From an uncultured cyanobacterium (GTDB lineage Bacteria > Cyanobacteriota > Cyanobacteriia > Cyanobacteriales > CAWCAG01), in NCBI GenBank assembly GCA_963803805.1, contig CAWDOD010000007.1:32001-96000 (forward strand): a stretch of DNA of 64,000 bases, given 5' to 3'. Below are positions 10,563-18,602 of the stretch, one piece after another. The position numbers were made by a program, and so were the translations under genes. The notes under the pieces are model-generated. The model was given only the letters and a program-made list of their open reading frames with translations. It had not been told where the DNA came from and searched no databases. Position 1 is the first letter of the stretch. Each line of letters opens with the position of its first letter.

Positions 10563-11978
10563 TTAATCCCTATTTTTCACCCAAATCTTAACTGTAGAAT
10601 CCGCCCCACCACTAACAATTGTTTGACCATCAGGGCTATAAGCAAGGGACATTACCTCATCACTATGACCTTTAAGAGTATACATTTCCTCACCTTTGTT
10701 AAGATCCCAAATTTTAATATACTTACTCCAGCTACCACTAATCAAATTCTTACCATCAGGAGAAAAAGCAACTGCCCCAACTCTATCTAAATGTCCTCGT
10801 AAAGTACAAATTTGTTCTCCAGTTTCTACTTTCCAAAGATATATGTGACAATTAAAACCTCCTGTAGCTATAGTTTGACTATCAGGACTAATTGCTACAG
10901 ATAATACCCCCGATTTACCCTTCACAGAACGAATCAACTTACCATTAGCCAATTTTCTAACTCTTAACGCTTTTTCCATACCACCTCCCACAAAGAAATT
11001 ACCATTTGAACTAATAGCAACCGAAAGAACTTGTGCAGAATAGCCTGTTAAATCATAAAGCTCTTTACCTGTATTAATTTGCCAAATTTTAATAGTTTTA
11101 TCGGCCCCACCACTAATAATCTTTTTTCTATCGGGACTAATCGCAACACTTAAGACTGTATCTCTATGTCCTCCTAACCAACTACCAAAAGTTTGAACTA
11201 ATTTACCTGTACTTAACTGCCAAAGTTTAATGGTTTTATCTGCACTACCACTAGCTAAAGTTTTGCCATCAGGATTAAAAACCACACAAGAAATTGCGGC
11301 GGAATGTCCTGTTAATGTCCGAATTTCTCGACCTGTATGCAATTGAAAAAGTTTAATTGTACCATCATAGCTACCACTAGCTAATATTCTACCATCAGGA
11401 CTTATAGCAACAGAAGAAACTTTTCCTTTATGCTTTTTCAGTGTCTGGTTACATTGCCAAGGGGTATTACTATCTTGGGTATTAGTTGCTGTTGGTTGTT
11501 GATAGTAACTTTGTTGCAGATTTTGTTCTCGCTTAATTTTCTTCGCTGTTTCAAAGTCACTCTCTGCCCGTAAGGAATAGCCAACCCTTTCATAAATAAA
11601 ACCGCGATATAAATAAGCCTTAATGTAATCTGGTTTTAATCTAATGGCGTGGGTAAAATCATCAATAGCACGGTCAAATTTCTTCTTTTCATAGTTGGTT
11701 ACTCCTCTGTTATAAAAAACTTCCCAAGGTTCACTGGGAGTAGAAACTTTAGTTTTAATTGTTCCCTGGCGATAAGGAGGTTTGTAAAATTTGAGCTTCT
11801 CGTAAGCTTCATTGATTAACTTAATTTTTTCTTCGGCTTCTTCTTTGAGATGAGGTTCTGTCGCAAATCGATCTGGATGCCAAGTTTTTGCCATTTGACG
11901 ATAGGCTTGCTTAATATCTTTCTGGGAAGCACCAGGTTTTAACCCTAAAATCTCGTAATATTGATTTATAGTAGTCAT
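10563..11978 (-). CDS. DnaJ-domain / TPR / WD40-repeat protein
   Basis: J domain with HPD, two TPR-like repeats, and seven GH...WD-type repeats. Confidence 0.92.
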   Translation of the reverse strand: MTTINQYYEILGLKPGASQKDIKQAYRQMAKTWHPDRFATEPHLKEEAEEKIKLINEAYEKLKFYKPPYRQGTIKTKVSTPSEPWEVFYNRGVTNYEKKKFDRAIDDFTHAIRLKPDYIKAYLYRGFIYERVGYSLRAESDFETAKKIKREQNLQQSYYQQPTATNTQDSNTPWQCNQTLKKHKGKVSSVAISPDGRILASGSYDGTIKLFQLHTGREIRTLTGHSAAISCVVFNPDGKTLASGSADKTIKLWQLSTGKLVQTFGSWLGGHRDTVLSVAISPDRKKIISGGADKTIKIWQINTGKELYDLTGYSAQVLSVAISSNGNFFVGGGMEKALRVRKLANGKLIRSVKGKSGVLSVAISPDSQTIATGGFNCHIYLWKVETGEQICTLRGHLDRVGAVAFSPDGKNLISGSWSKYIKIWDLNKGEEMYTLKGHSDEVMSLAYSPDGQTIVSGGADSTVKIWVKNRD

Positions 11979-12204
11979 CTACTAATTAAGTAATAAGTGA
12001 TAAGTAATAAGTGATAAGTTTATTGAGCTTGAGTTAATACCATTTTGCCAAAATAACGACGAAATTGCTCTTATGTTTAAGGGGTCTAAAATAGAGGATG
12101 GGATGATTTCGCCCTGTATTCTTGATTGGTTTTAAGATTCCCTTTTTAGTAGTAGAATATTATTGCTCCCAAAAAAATCTGTTTCTGTGTAACCTCAACA
12201 AGCT

Positions 12205-12555
12205 ATGCCTTTCATTAAAGTACAAACATCTGTTCCCACTCCTGAAAAAAACACAGTAGAGAGTATGTTAAAAATCCTCTCTAATAAACTAGCAACTCAT
12301 TTTAACAAATCAGAATCCTATGTAATGACAGCTTTTGAACCAGAAATTGCTATGACTTTCGGTGGTACTACCGAACCAGTTTGTTTTATTGAAATCAAGA
12401 ATATTGGTACAATGACTCCAGAACAAACTAAAGCAATGAGTGAAGATTTTTGTCAGGTAGTTAATGAAAAATTAGCAGTACCAAAAAATAGGATTTATCT
12501 AGAATTTGCTGATGCAAAAAGGCATTTATGGGGATGGAATGGGACTACCTTTTAA
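12205..12555 (+). CDS. MIF / phenylpyruvate tautomerase family protein
   Basis: N-terminal catalytic Pro (MPFIK), KSESYVM, and WGWNGTTF C-terminus. Confidence 0.92.
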   Translation: MPFIKVQTSVPTPEKNTVESMLKILSNKLATHFNKSESYVMTAFEPEIAMTFGGTTEPVCFIEIKNIGTMTPEQTKAMSEDFCQVVNEKLAVPKNRIYLEFADAKRHLWGWNGTTF

Positions 12556-12569
12556 GTGATGATGAGGTA

Positions 12570-12988
12570 TAAGCTGTCAGGAATTTAGATCACCTCACTT
12601 CTATAGGTGATCTCACCTCTTTTCTAGAGTAAACAACCCTAAAAAGTAGAAGTAAAGCATCTGCTTAATATACTGAATTTGCTCCACCTTCAATAACTTT
12701 GAGTAATTCCTCTACAATAAGTTGAATACTCACATCTTTAGAGAACTCCAATAAATAAAATATCCTCACCAAGTATAAGATTTTAGCAACTAGCAACTAG
12801 CAACTAGCTTATCGCTTTTGGATAAGTTTTTTCTCAGTTCTCTCTTACTTTCTGCCCTTGCAGGTACAACCCAAGCAGAACAAGATACTATATAAATCTC
12901 TGTAGGGATCGCATTAAAGTTGCAAACGGTTTATTTTATGCTCCCTACTCCCTTAACCCAACAAGCAATACAAATGCCTGACGGCTTA
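12570..12988. repeat. MITE-like element with TAAGCTGTCAGG-type inverted ends
   Basis: Left end TAAGCTGTCAGGAATTT versus right end (reverse complement) TAAGCCGTCAGGCATTT, 15/17 identical. Related ends occur at 26196-26322 and 49204. Confidence 0.55.
12798..12847 (+). repeat. 50-bp dispersed terminator-like repeat, copy 2
   Basis: 46/50 identical to 3803-3852; preceded by TAGCAAC heptamers. Confidence 0.7.
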
Positions 12989-13004
12989 AATGTGATATTA
13001 TAAC

Positions 13005-13135
13005 TCCCGTCGGTTCTAACGGGGAGCAGTCGTTAGAGGTAAGGGGGAAAGTTCGGTGTAAACCCGGCACTGTCCCGCAACTGTGAAGAAACTAGGTAGA
13101 TAAGGTTTCTAAGTCAGAATGCCCGCCGATTGTTA
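13005..13135 (+). promoter_or_regulatory. Cobalamin riboswitch
   Basis: Conserved core AAGGGGGAAAGTTCGGTGTAAACCCGGCACTGTCCCGCAACTGT and B12 box AAGTCAGAATGCCCGCC, upstream of hupE/ureJ-cobW. Confidence 0.93.
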
Positions 13136-13342
13136 CAGCTTAAAATCAAGATTCATCTGCGAGGTACGGATGTTACAACAAGTAAATCAATCTTACGAGA
13201 AAAATCTTAAGCTCAGATACAGATTTTCCTCAAGTAATTCCTAAATTGCTGGTTAGTGAACTTGTTTAGCCATAAACGAAACTTTGTAAAAATGAATTAA
13301 AACAGTTGCTGTAACAAGAAACAACTGTCTCTTTTATTAAGT

Positions 13343-14050
13343 ATGGAGATGTCCAATCTCTATTACTTATCAACGACCAATTTATTTACTAAAAATATGA
13401 ACAAACAAACAAAATTTCCTGGGCTAACTCAACTTTCACCTTTAGTTATCGCCACAATCTTATTAGCATTATTCAACTGTCTATTAATAGCTAATCCTGC
13501 CGCAGCACACCATCCCTTTGGTGGTACAACTCCCACCAATTTATCACAAGGATTTCTTTCTGGTTTAGGGCATCCAGTTATTGGTATAGACCACTTTATT
13601 TTTACCGTTGCTATTGGCTTATTAGCTGCTTTAAGAAAACCCCAAGGTATATTCATTGCCGTTGCTTTTATCTTAGCTACTCTAGGGGGAACAGGACTAC
13701 ATTTAATGGGTTTAGATTTGCCTTTTCCTGAAACAGCGATCGCCACTTCTGTTTTAGTTATTGGCTTGATGTTGGGATTAAAAAACAATCTCAATTTAAT
13801 CGCTATAGTAGTTGCCGCAGCATTAGGGGGAATATTCCACGGTTACGCCTACGGAGAAGCCATTGTTGGGGCAGAAATGACTCCTTTAATTGCTTACTTA
13901 ACAGGCTTTGCTTCCATTCAATTAGTAGTAGCCTTAACCGCCTACCAAATCAGTACAATCATGTTCAATAAATTTGCTGAACAATTTGAATTGTATTTGC
14001 GCTTTGCTGGCTTTACTATCTTAGGTATGGGAACAGCTTTTCTCTTTTAA
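13343..14050 (+). CDS. hupE: HupE/UreJ family Co/Ni transporter
   Basis: AAAHHPFGG, GLGHPVIGIDH and FHGYAYGE motifs; multiple TMs. The true start may be ATG 13397. Confidence 0.9.
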   Translation: MEMSNLYYLSTTNLFTKNMNKQTKFPGLTQLSPLVIATILLALFNCLLIANPAAAHHPFGGTTPTNLSQGFLSGLGHPVIGIDHFIFTVAIGLLAALRKPQGIFIAVAFILATLGGTGLHLMGLDLPFPETAIATSVLVIGLMLGLKNNLNLIAIVVAAALGGIFHGYAYGEAIVGAEMTPLIAYLTGFASIQLVVALTAYQISTIMFNKFAEQFELYLRFAGFTILGMGTAFLF

Positions 14051-14108
14051 TTATTACCTAAATATAACTCTTCACAATTGATTAATTTTCAATTACCAAA
14101 ATATTCCT

Positions 14109-15143
14109 ATGCACAAAATTCCTGTCACAGTTGTAACCGGCTTTCTCGGCGCTGGTAAAACCACCTTAGTACGTCATTTATTACAAAACAATCAAGGACG
14201 AAAAATAGCCGTTCTAGTTAACGAATTTGGTGAAGTTGGTATAGATGGGGACTTGTTGCGTTCCTGTCAAATTTGCGACGATGAATCTGAACCAGAAAAT
14301 AATATTGTCGAACTTACCAACGGCTGCCTTTGCTGTACTGTTCAAGAAGAATTTTATCCTACTATGCAAGAACTATTAAAAAGGCAGGATAAAATTGATT
14401 GCTTGCTAGTAGAAACGTCGGGTTTAGCCCTTCCTAAACCTTTAATTAAAGCCTTCCGGTGGCCAGAAATTCGTAATGGTGCAACAGTGGATGGGGTAGT
14501 TACTGTGGTTGATTGTCAGGCACTGGCAGAAGGGACTTTGGTAGGGGATTTAGAAGCCCTGGAAGCCCAGCGAAAAGAAGATCCTAACCTAGACCACGAA
14601 ACTCCTATTGAAGAACTGTTTGAAGACCAGCTAGCTTGTGCAGATTTGGTATTGCTAACCAAGGTGGATCAGGTGGATGAGGCAAGCAGAATTAAGGTTG
14701 AAAAATGGTTGCAACAAGAATTACCCAAGGGAGTTAAAATCGTCCCTTGCAACCAGGGAGAAGTTAGTCCAGAAGTCTTACTTGGTTTCAATGCTGCGGT
14801 GGAAGATAATCTCGAAACTCGCCCTAGTCACCATGACACTGAAGAAGATCATGAACATGATGAGGAAATTAATTCAGTACAGTTAGTTTTAGAAAAAAGT
14901 TTTGAACCAAAAACCTTGATTAGTAAATTAAAAACCTTGGTACAAGCAGAGGAAATTTATCGGGTTAAGGGTTTTGTAGATGTTCCCAACAAACCTATGC
15001 GTTTGGTATTACAAGGAGTAGGAAATCGCTTCGATTCGTTTTATGATCGACCTTGGGAAACTAAAGAACTTCGTCAAACTAGGTTAGTAGTAATTGGTCG
15101 CAACCTTAACCAGGGGAAAATAGAACAAGCTATCCTTAATTAA
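14109..15143 (+). CDS. cobW: Cobalamin biosynthesis GTPase CobW
   Basis: GFLGAGKTT, NEFG, GCLCCTV and ETSGLALP motifs; His-rich linker; riboswitch context. Confidence 0.93.
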   Translation: MHKIPVTVVTGFLGAGKTTLVRHLLQNNQGRKIAVLVNEFGEVGIDGDLLRSCQICDDESEPENNIVELTNGCLCCTVQEEFYPTMQELLKRQDKIDCLLVETSGLALPKPLIKAFRWPEIRNGATVDGVVTVVDCQALAEGTLVGDLEALEAQRKEDPNLDHETPIEELFEDQLACADLVLLTKVDQVDEASRIKVEKWLQQELPKGVKIVPCNQGEVSPEVLLGFNAAVEDNLETRPSHHDTEEDHEHDEEINSVQLVLEKSFEPKTLISKLKTLVQAEEIYRVKGFVDVPNKPMRLVLQGVGNRFDSFYDRPWETKELRQTRLVVIGRNLNQGKIEQAILN

Positions 15144-15149
15144 GGAAAA

Positions 15150-15221
15150 AGCCGATGGAGGGATTTGAACCCACGACCCATCGCTTACGAAGCGATCGCT
15201 CTACCACTGAGCTACATCGGC
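15150..15221 (-). tRNA. trnT: tRNA-Thr(CGT)
   Basis: GCCGATG TA GCTC AGTGGTA GAGC G ATCGC TTCGTAA GCGAT GGGTC GTGGG TTCAAAT CCCTC CATCGGC: a complete cloverleaf. Confidence 0.95.
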
Positions 15222-15289
15222 ATTGCCAATTAATTATTATAACCTATATTCAGTTGTCACCATTAGCAATTAGCTATTAGCAACTAGCA

Positions 15290-16093
15290 ATGAATCAAGA
15301 TAGCTATAGATTGCGGGCGGAAAAATTAGTTCTGGGTTACGATAACACGGTAATTATTAAAGAACTTGATCTGGCTATTCCTAACAGCAAAATCACTGTT
15401 TTGGTGGGGGCTAATGGTTGTGGGAAATCTACTTTATTAAGAGGGATGGCACGTTTGCTTAAACCTCGTAGTGGTGTGGTTTATCTTGATGGAGAAGATA
15501 TTAACCAACTACCGACTAAAGAAGTAGCACGAAACCTCGCTATGTTGCCCCAAAATCCTCTTACTCCAGAAGGATTAACCGTACAAAATTTGGTTTCTCA
15601 AGGACGTTTTCCCTATCATAATTGGTGGCAACAATGGTCAAAGGAAGATGAAGAAAAAGTTGAAGCTGCCTTAGAAATTACGAAAATGATTGAGTTGCGA
15701 TCGCGCAACTTAGATACCCTTTCAGGAGGACAAAGGCAAAGGGCTTGGATCGCTATGACTTTAGCCCAAGATACAGATATTATCCTTTTAGATGAGCCAA
15801 CAACTTTCTTGGATTTAGCTTATCAAATGGAAATCTTAGATTTACTTTGGGAATCACATAAAACTCAAGGCAGAACTATTGTGATGGTACTCCATGATCT
15901 TAATCAAGCTTGTCGCTATGGAGATTATTTAGTTGCGATTAAAGGAGGCAAGATTTATGCCAAAGGTAAGCCGGATCAAGTAATGACAAAAACAATGGTT
16001 AAGGAAGTTTTTGGAATTAAGAGTAAAATTATTATTAATCCTATTACAAAAACCCCCTTATGCTTACCAATTGGGGAAAGGGAAAACTCATAG
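15290..16093 (+). CDS. Fe-siderophore/cobalamin ABC transporter ATPase (FecE/FepC-like)
   Basis: GANGCGKST, LSGGQRQRAW, LLDEPT and VLHDLN motifs. Confidence 0.9.
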   Translation: MNQDSYRLRAEKLVLGYDNTVIIKELDLAIPNSKITVLVGANGCGKSTLLRGMARLLKPRSGVVYLDGEDINQLPTKEVARNLAMLPQNPLTPEGLTVQNLVSQGRFPYHNWWQQWSKEDEEKVEAALEITKMIELRSRNLDTLSGGQRQRAWIAMTLAQDTDIILLDEPTTFLDLAYQMEILDLLWESHKTQGRTIVMVLHDLNQACRYGDYLVAIKGGKIYAKGKPDQVMTKTMVKEVFGIKSKIIINPITKTPLCLPIGERENS

Positions 16094-16274
16094 AATAAAC
16101 TTACAACATACCTGAAATAAAAGGAGATTTATTAATCCTAAAAATGTTAGTTATCAACATTGAAGCTTTTAAAAAAAAGAGTTTCGTATAATGCTGCTAA
16201 AACTTACACCAATCAACTTCAAAAAAGTCTTGCTGATTTACTGACTTGGTTAGATAATAATTGACTAATTGAAC

Positions 16275-17804
16275 TCACTCCTGTTTGATGCGGATTAAGT
16301 CTGTCAAAATGCTATCCAAACTGCCATTAACTTGAATTTTATCAATCTTCTCAGCAATTCTTTCTAAAACTTCTAACTCCTTCAAACGTAACGCCACAGG
16401 ATTATTTTCCATAACCTTCGCTGTGTTTAACATACTGCGAGTTGCGGCAGTTTCTTCTCGGCGGCGAATTACGTTAGCTTGAGCTGATTTTTCCGCTTCA
16501 ACAACTTGGGACAAAATATTTTTAATTTCCCCAGGAAGGATAATATCTTTCACACCCACAGAATCAACTTTAATGCCATACTCAGCAGTTTTTTCTTTAA
16601 TGTAACTGGCGATCACATTATCGATTTGTCCTTTATCTTCTAACAAAGAATCCAACGTTTTCTCCCCAACCGCAGCCCGTAGTGCAAATTGTAATTCCTT
16701 GTACAAATAACCCTTAATATCAGATAAATGATTCTTGGCTGTGAGGGGATCAATAATGCGAAAACCTGCCATTAAATTCAAGCGTAAAGGCACTTTATCC
16801 TGAGAAAGAATATCCTGTCCAGAAACTTCTAGGGTTTGCTGACGCAGATCAAAAACTTCTGTTTGCCAACTACGCCCAAAATTCCACCAGGCATGAATAC
16901 CTGCTGGCAATGTCTCGTGAAATTCTTTATTAATATACAACAAGCCGATATGTTGGGGAGGAATTTCACAAATATGTAAAGATGGATAGCTTAATTTAAC
17001 AGTTTCCGGCAACCCAGATACCAACTCTGTCACTAAGTGGGGTGGTAACTTAGCCTCGTTGCTAATGTCAATTTCTTCCACTTTAACCCCTTGCCAAAAG
17101 AGTTTGCGACTACAAGGAGGTAAAATACTAATCACTTTATTGCGATCGCGGACAATAGCTACATCATCCGTTGCTAATTCTACAATCTCACAATAAGCTG
17201 CCACAAAATCGGGATGTTTTTCAATTAACAACTCCTCAAGGGGAAATGTCGGATTCGGTAGCATCCTACTCATGGTTTGCACAACAACATTGCGATCAAA
17301 ACTCCAAAAGCTGTACTCACCAGGTTCCAAAGGTTTAACAAAATCATTCTGTACAAACAGCAAGCCAATTTGGTATTCAGCAATGAGAACTTTCTTCAAG
17401 CCATTTACTACCACTCCACGAAGTCTCTGTACGAATGATGCTGGTAATTCTAAGCTTTCATCTAAATTGAAAAGATAGGATTCAACCTCAATAAAACCAC
17501 GCCAAAACGCCACCAATTGGTTAGGGGCAACACTCAGCCACCAATTTTGTCCCAAACGTACTAAGGCAGCTTGATTAAAACTTGTCCTAACTACTAACAA
17601 ATGATCTTGTAATGCCGCAAAGTGGTTCCGCAGCAGCAATTCCAGGTTCTCAATCTCAGCTTCAGGTTCATTGAGATCATAAACTCTAACTTGCCAATGC
17701 CAACCGAAATAACGGTAAGTCCCCGGTTGCAAAATCTGCTTGAAATCGCTGCGATGATACAAAATCCCCATTTCATTGGGTTTGATATAAAATGTTTTCC
17801 ACAT
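16275..17804 (-). CDS. SPFH/Band-7 (slipin family) protein with expanded N-terminal repeats
   Basis: C-terminal DLRQQTLEVSGQDILSQDKVPLRLN...LQFALRAAVG...GVKDIILPG...RREETAATRSMLNTAKVMENNP. ATG 17804 is preferred over TTG 17816. Confidence 0.9.
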   Translation of the reverse strand: MWKTFYIKPNEMGILYHRSDFKQILQPGTYRYFGWHWQVRVYDLNEPEAEIENLELLLRNHFAALQDHLLVVRTSFNQAALVRLGQNWWLSVAPNQLVAFWRGFIEVESYLFNLDESLELPASFVQRLRGVVVNGLKKVLIAEYQIGLLFVQNDFVKPLEPGEYSFWSFDRNVVVQTMSRMLPNPTFPLEELLIEKHPDFVAAYCEIVELATDDVAIVRDRNKVISILPPCSRKLFWQGVKVEEIDISNEAKLPPHLVTELVSGLPETVKLSYPSLHICEIPPQHIGLLYINKEFHETLPAGIHAWWNFGRSWQTEVFDLRQQTLEVSGQDILSQDKVPLRLNLMAGFRIIDPLTAKNHLSDIKGYLYKELQFALRAAVGEKTLDSLLEDKGQIDNVIASYIKEKTAEYGIKVDSVGVKDIILPGEIKNILSQVVEAEKSAQANVIRRREETAATRSMLNTAKVMENNPVALRLKELEVLERIAEKIDKIQVNGSLDSILTDLIRIKQE

Positions 17805-17930
17805 AGAGAGTGTCAATTAAATATTGACGGCTAAGGGGGTAAGGGGCAAAAGGTATTACTTATTACTTCTCCCCATCTCCGTAAGTCCTATAAATTTGTT
17901 TTTTGTAGTATCCATAATACAGAAGATTTT

Positions 17931-18231
17931 TAAACTCTGCAAGCAGGTGGGTTGCAGTTCAGTTGCGGGCTAATGGTTCTCCTTAACTGGATTAAGAATG
18001 TCTTACAGGAGGCTTTGCCAAAATTACCCTTGGGCATTTCTGACAAAAACGTACTACATTCAAATATGCCGTTCCTTAAACCTTGCTGACATCCTTCTTA
18101 GGGGAATACAGAAGGCAAACGAAGGGACATACTCAAGTTAAGGAGGGGGGCATTAACACTGGCTTCTTCCCTGTTGTAACTCCTACCCACGAAGCAATAG
18201 AAAGTTACAAGCACCTACATTGCAGAGTTTA
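17931..18231 (-). ncRNA. Putative 300-nt multibranch structured RNA of unknown class
   Basis: Perfect 12-bp closing helix (17931-17942 with 18220-18231), nested 7-, 7- and 10-bp long-range helices and three hairpins. Several plus-strand A-C mismatches become G-U pairs on the minus strand. Confidence 0.7.
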
Positions 18232-18320
18232 CTAAACATAACGGACTCGAACCGTCTGAGGATTTCTCCCGTACCAGATTTTGAGCTAAACGCTCCCTTG
18301 ACCACAACAAGGCGCCTATT
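18232..18320 (-). ncRNA. Degenerate tRNA-like element
   Basis: Canonical T arm GACGG-TTCGAGT-CCGTT, preceded by hairpins CCTTG/CAAGG, GAGC/GCTC and TCTG...GGA-GAAA-TCC...CAGA; weak acceptor stem. Confidence 0.5.
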
Positions 18321-18337
18321 AACCCTGGCAGGGGTGT

Positions 18338-18410
18338 TTAAAAGTACAGGAATTGAACCTGTTACCGATCGATTATGAGTCGATTGCTCTAACCAAATGA
18401 GCTAACTTTT
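18338..18410 (-). tRNA. Atypical tRNA or tRNA-like element with CAT anticodon (Ile2-like arm)
   Basis: AAAAGT TA GCTC ATTTGGTTA GAGC A ATCGA CTCATAA TCGAT CGGTA ACAGG TTCAATT CCTGT ACTTTT. The acceptor stem is only 6 bp and A/U-rich, and no CCA is encoded. Confidence 0.75.
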
Positions 18411-18487
18411 TGGTGTTTGATGTAGGAGTCGAACCTACCCTCGCCGATAGAGACATCGGCTGCTCTCACCAACTGAGCTAATCAAAC
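18411..18487 (-). ncRNA. tRNA-like element with non-canonical anticodon loop and encoded CCA
   Basis: GTTTGAT TA GCTC AGTTGGTGA GAGC A GCCGA TGTCTCTA TCGGC GAGG GTAGG TTCGACT CCTAC ATCAAAC A CCA: perfect stems with an 8-nt anticodon loop. Confidence 0.85.
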
Positions 18488-18597
18488 GGTGAAACTAGCG
18501 ACAATTGCAACTGCGGTATACGCTCAAGCCAAAGGTTGGCGCACCCGTTGGGCATACGGAACCCAAACGATAGCACTGCAACGTACTACTACCTCAC
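18488..18597 (-). ncRNA. Putative 110-nt branched stem-loop RNA
   Basis: 5'/3' pairing GTGAGG/TTTCAC and TTGCAG-TGC/GCA-G-TTGCAA encloses hairpins CGTTTGGG/CCCAACG and GTGCGC/GCGTAT; GC-rich against the AT-rich flanks. Confidence 0.5.
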
Positions 18598-18602
18598 TAC
18601 TT

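Noticed and set aside
11988-12019. Heptamer and octamer tandem repeats in spacers (also 15264, 23693, 47645, 58401) and HIP1 sites
   Set aside because: These are common, well-known cyanobacterial short repeats; used only as taxonomic context.
17931-18231. RNase P RNA or group I/II intron identity for the 300-nt RNA
   Set aside because: GGGAAGAAGCC and AACTGAAC only loosely echo RNase P motifs, and the 3' GGCTT half of P4 is absent. No group I P7 elements or group II GTGYG / domain V were found.
18488-18597. Bacterial Y RNA
   Set aside because: No recognisable Ro60-binding bulged helix and no TROVE gene in the window; left as unknown.
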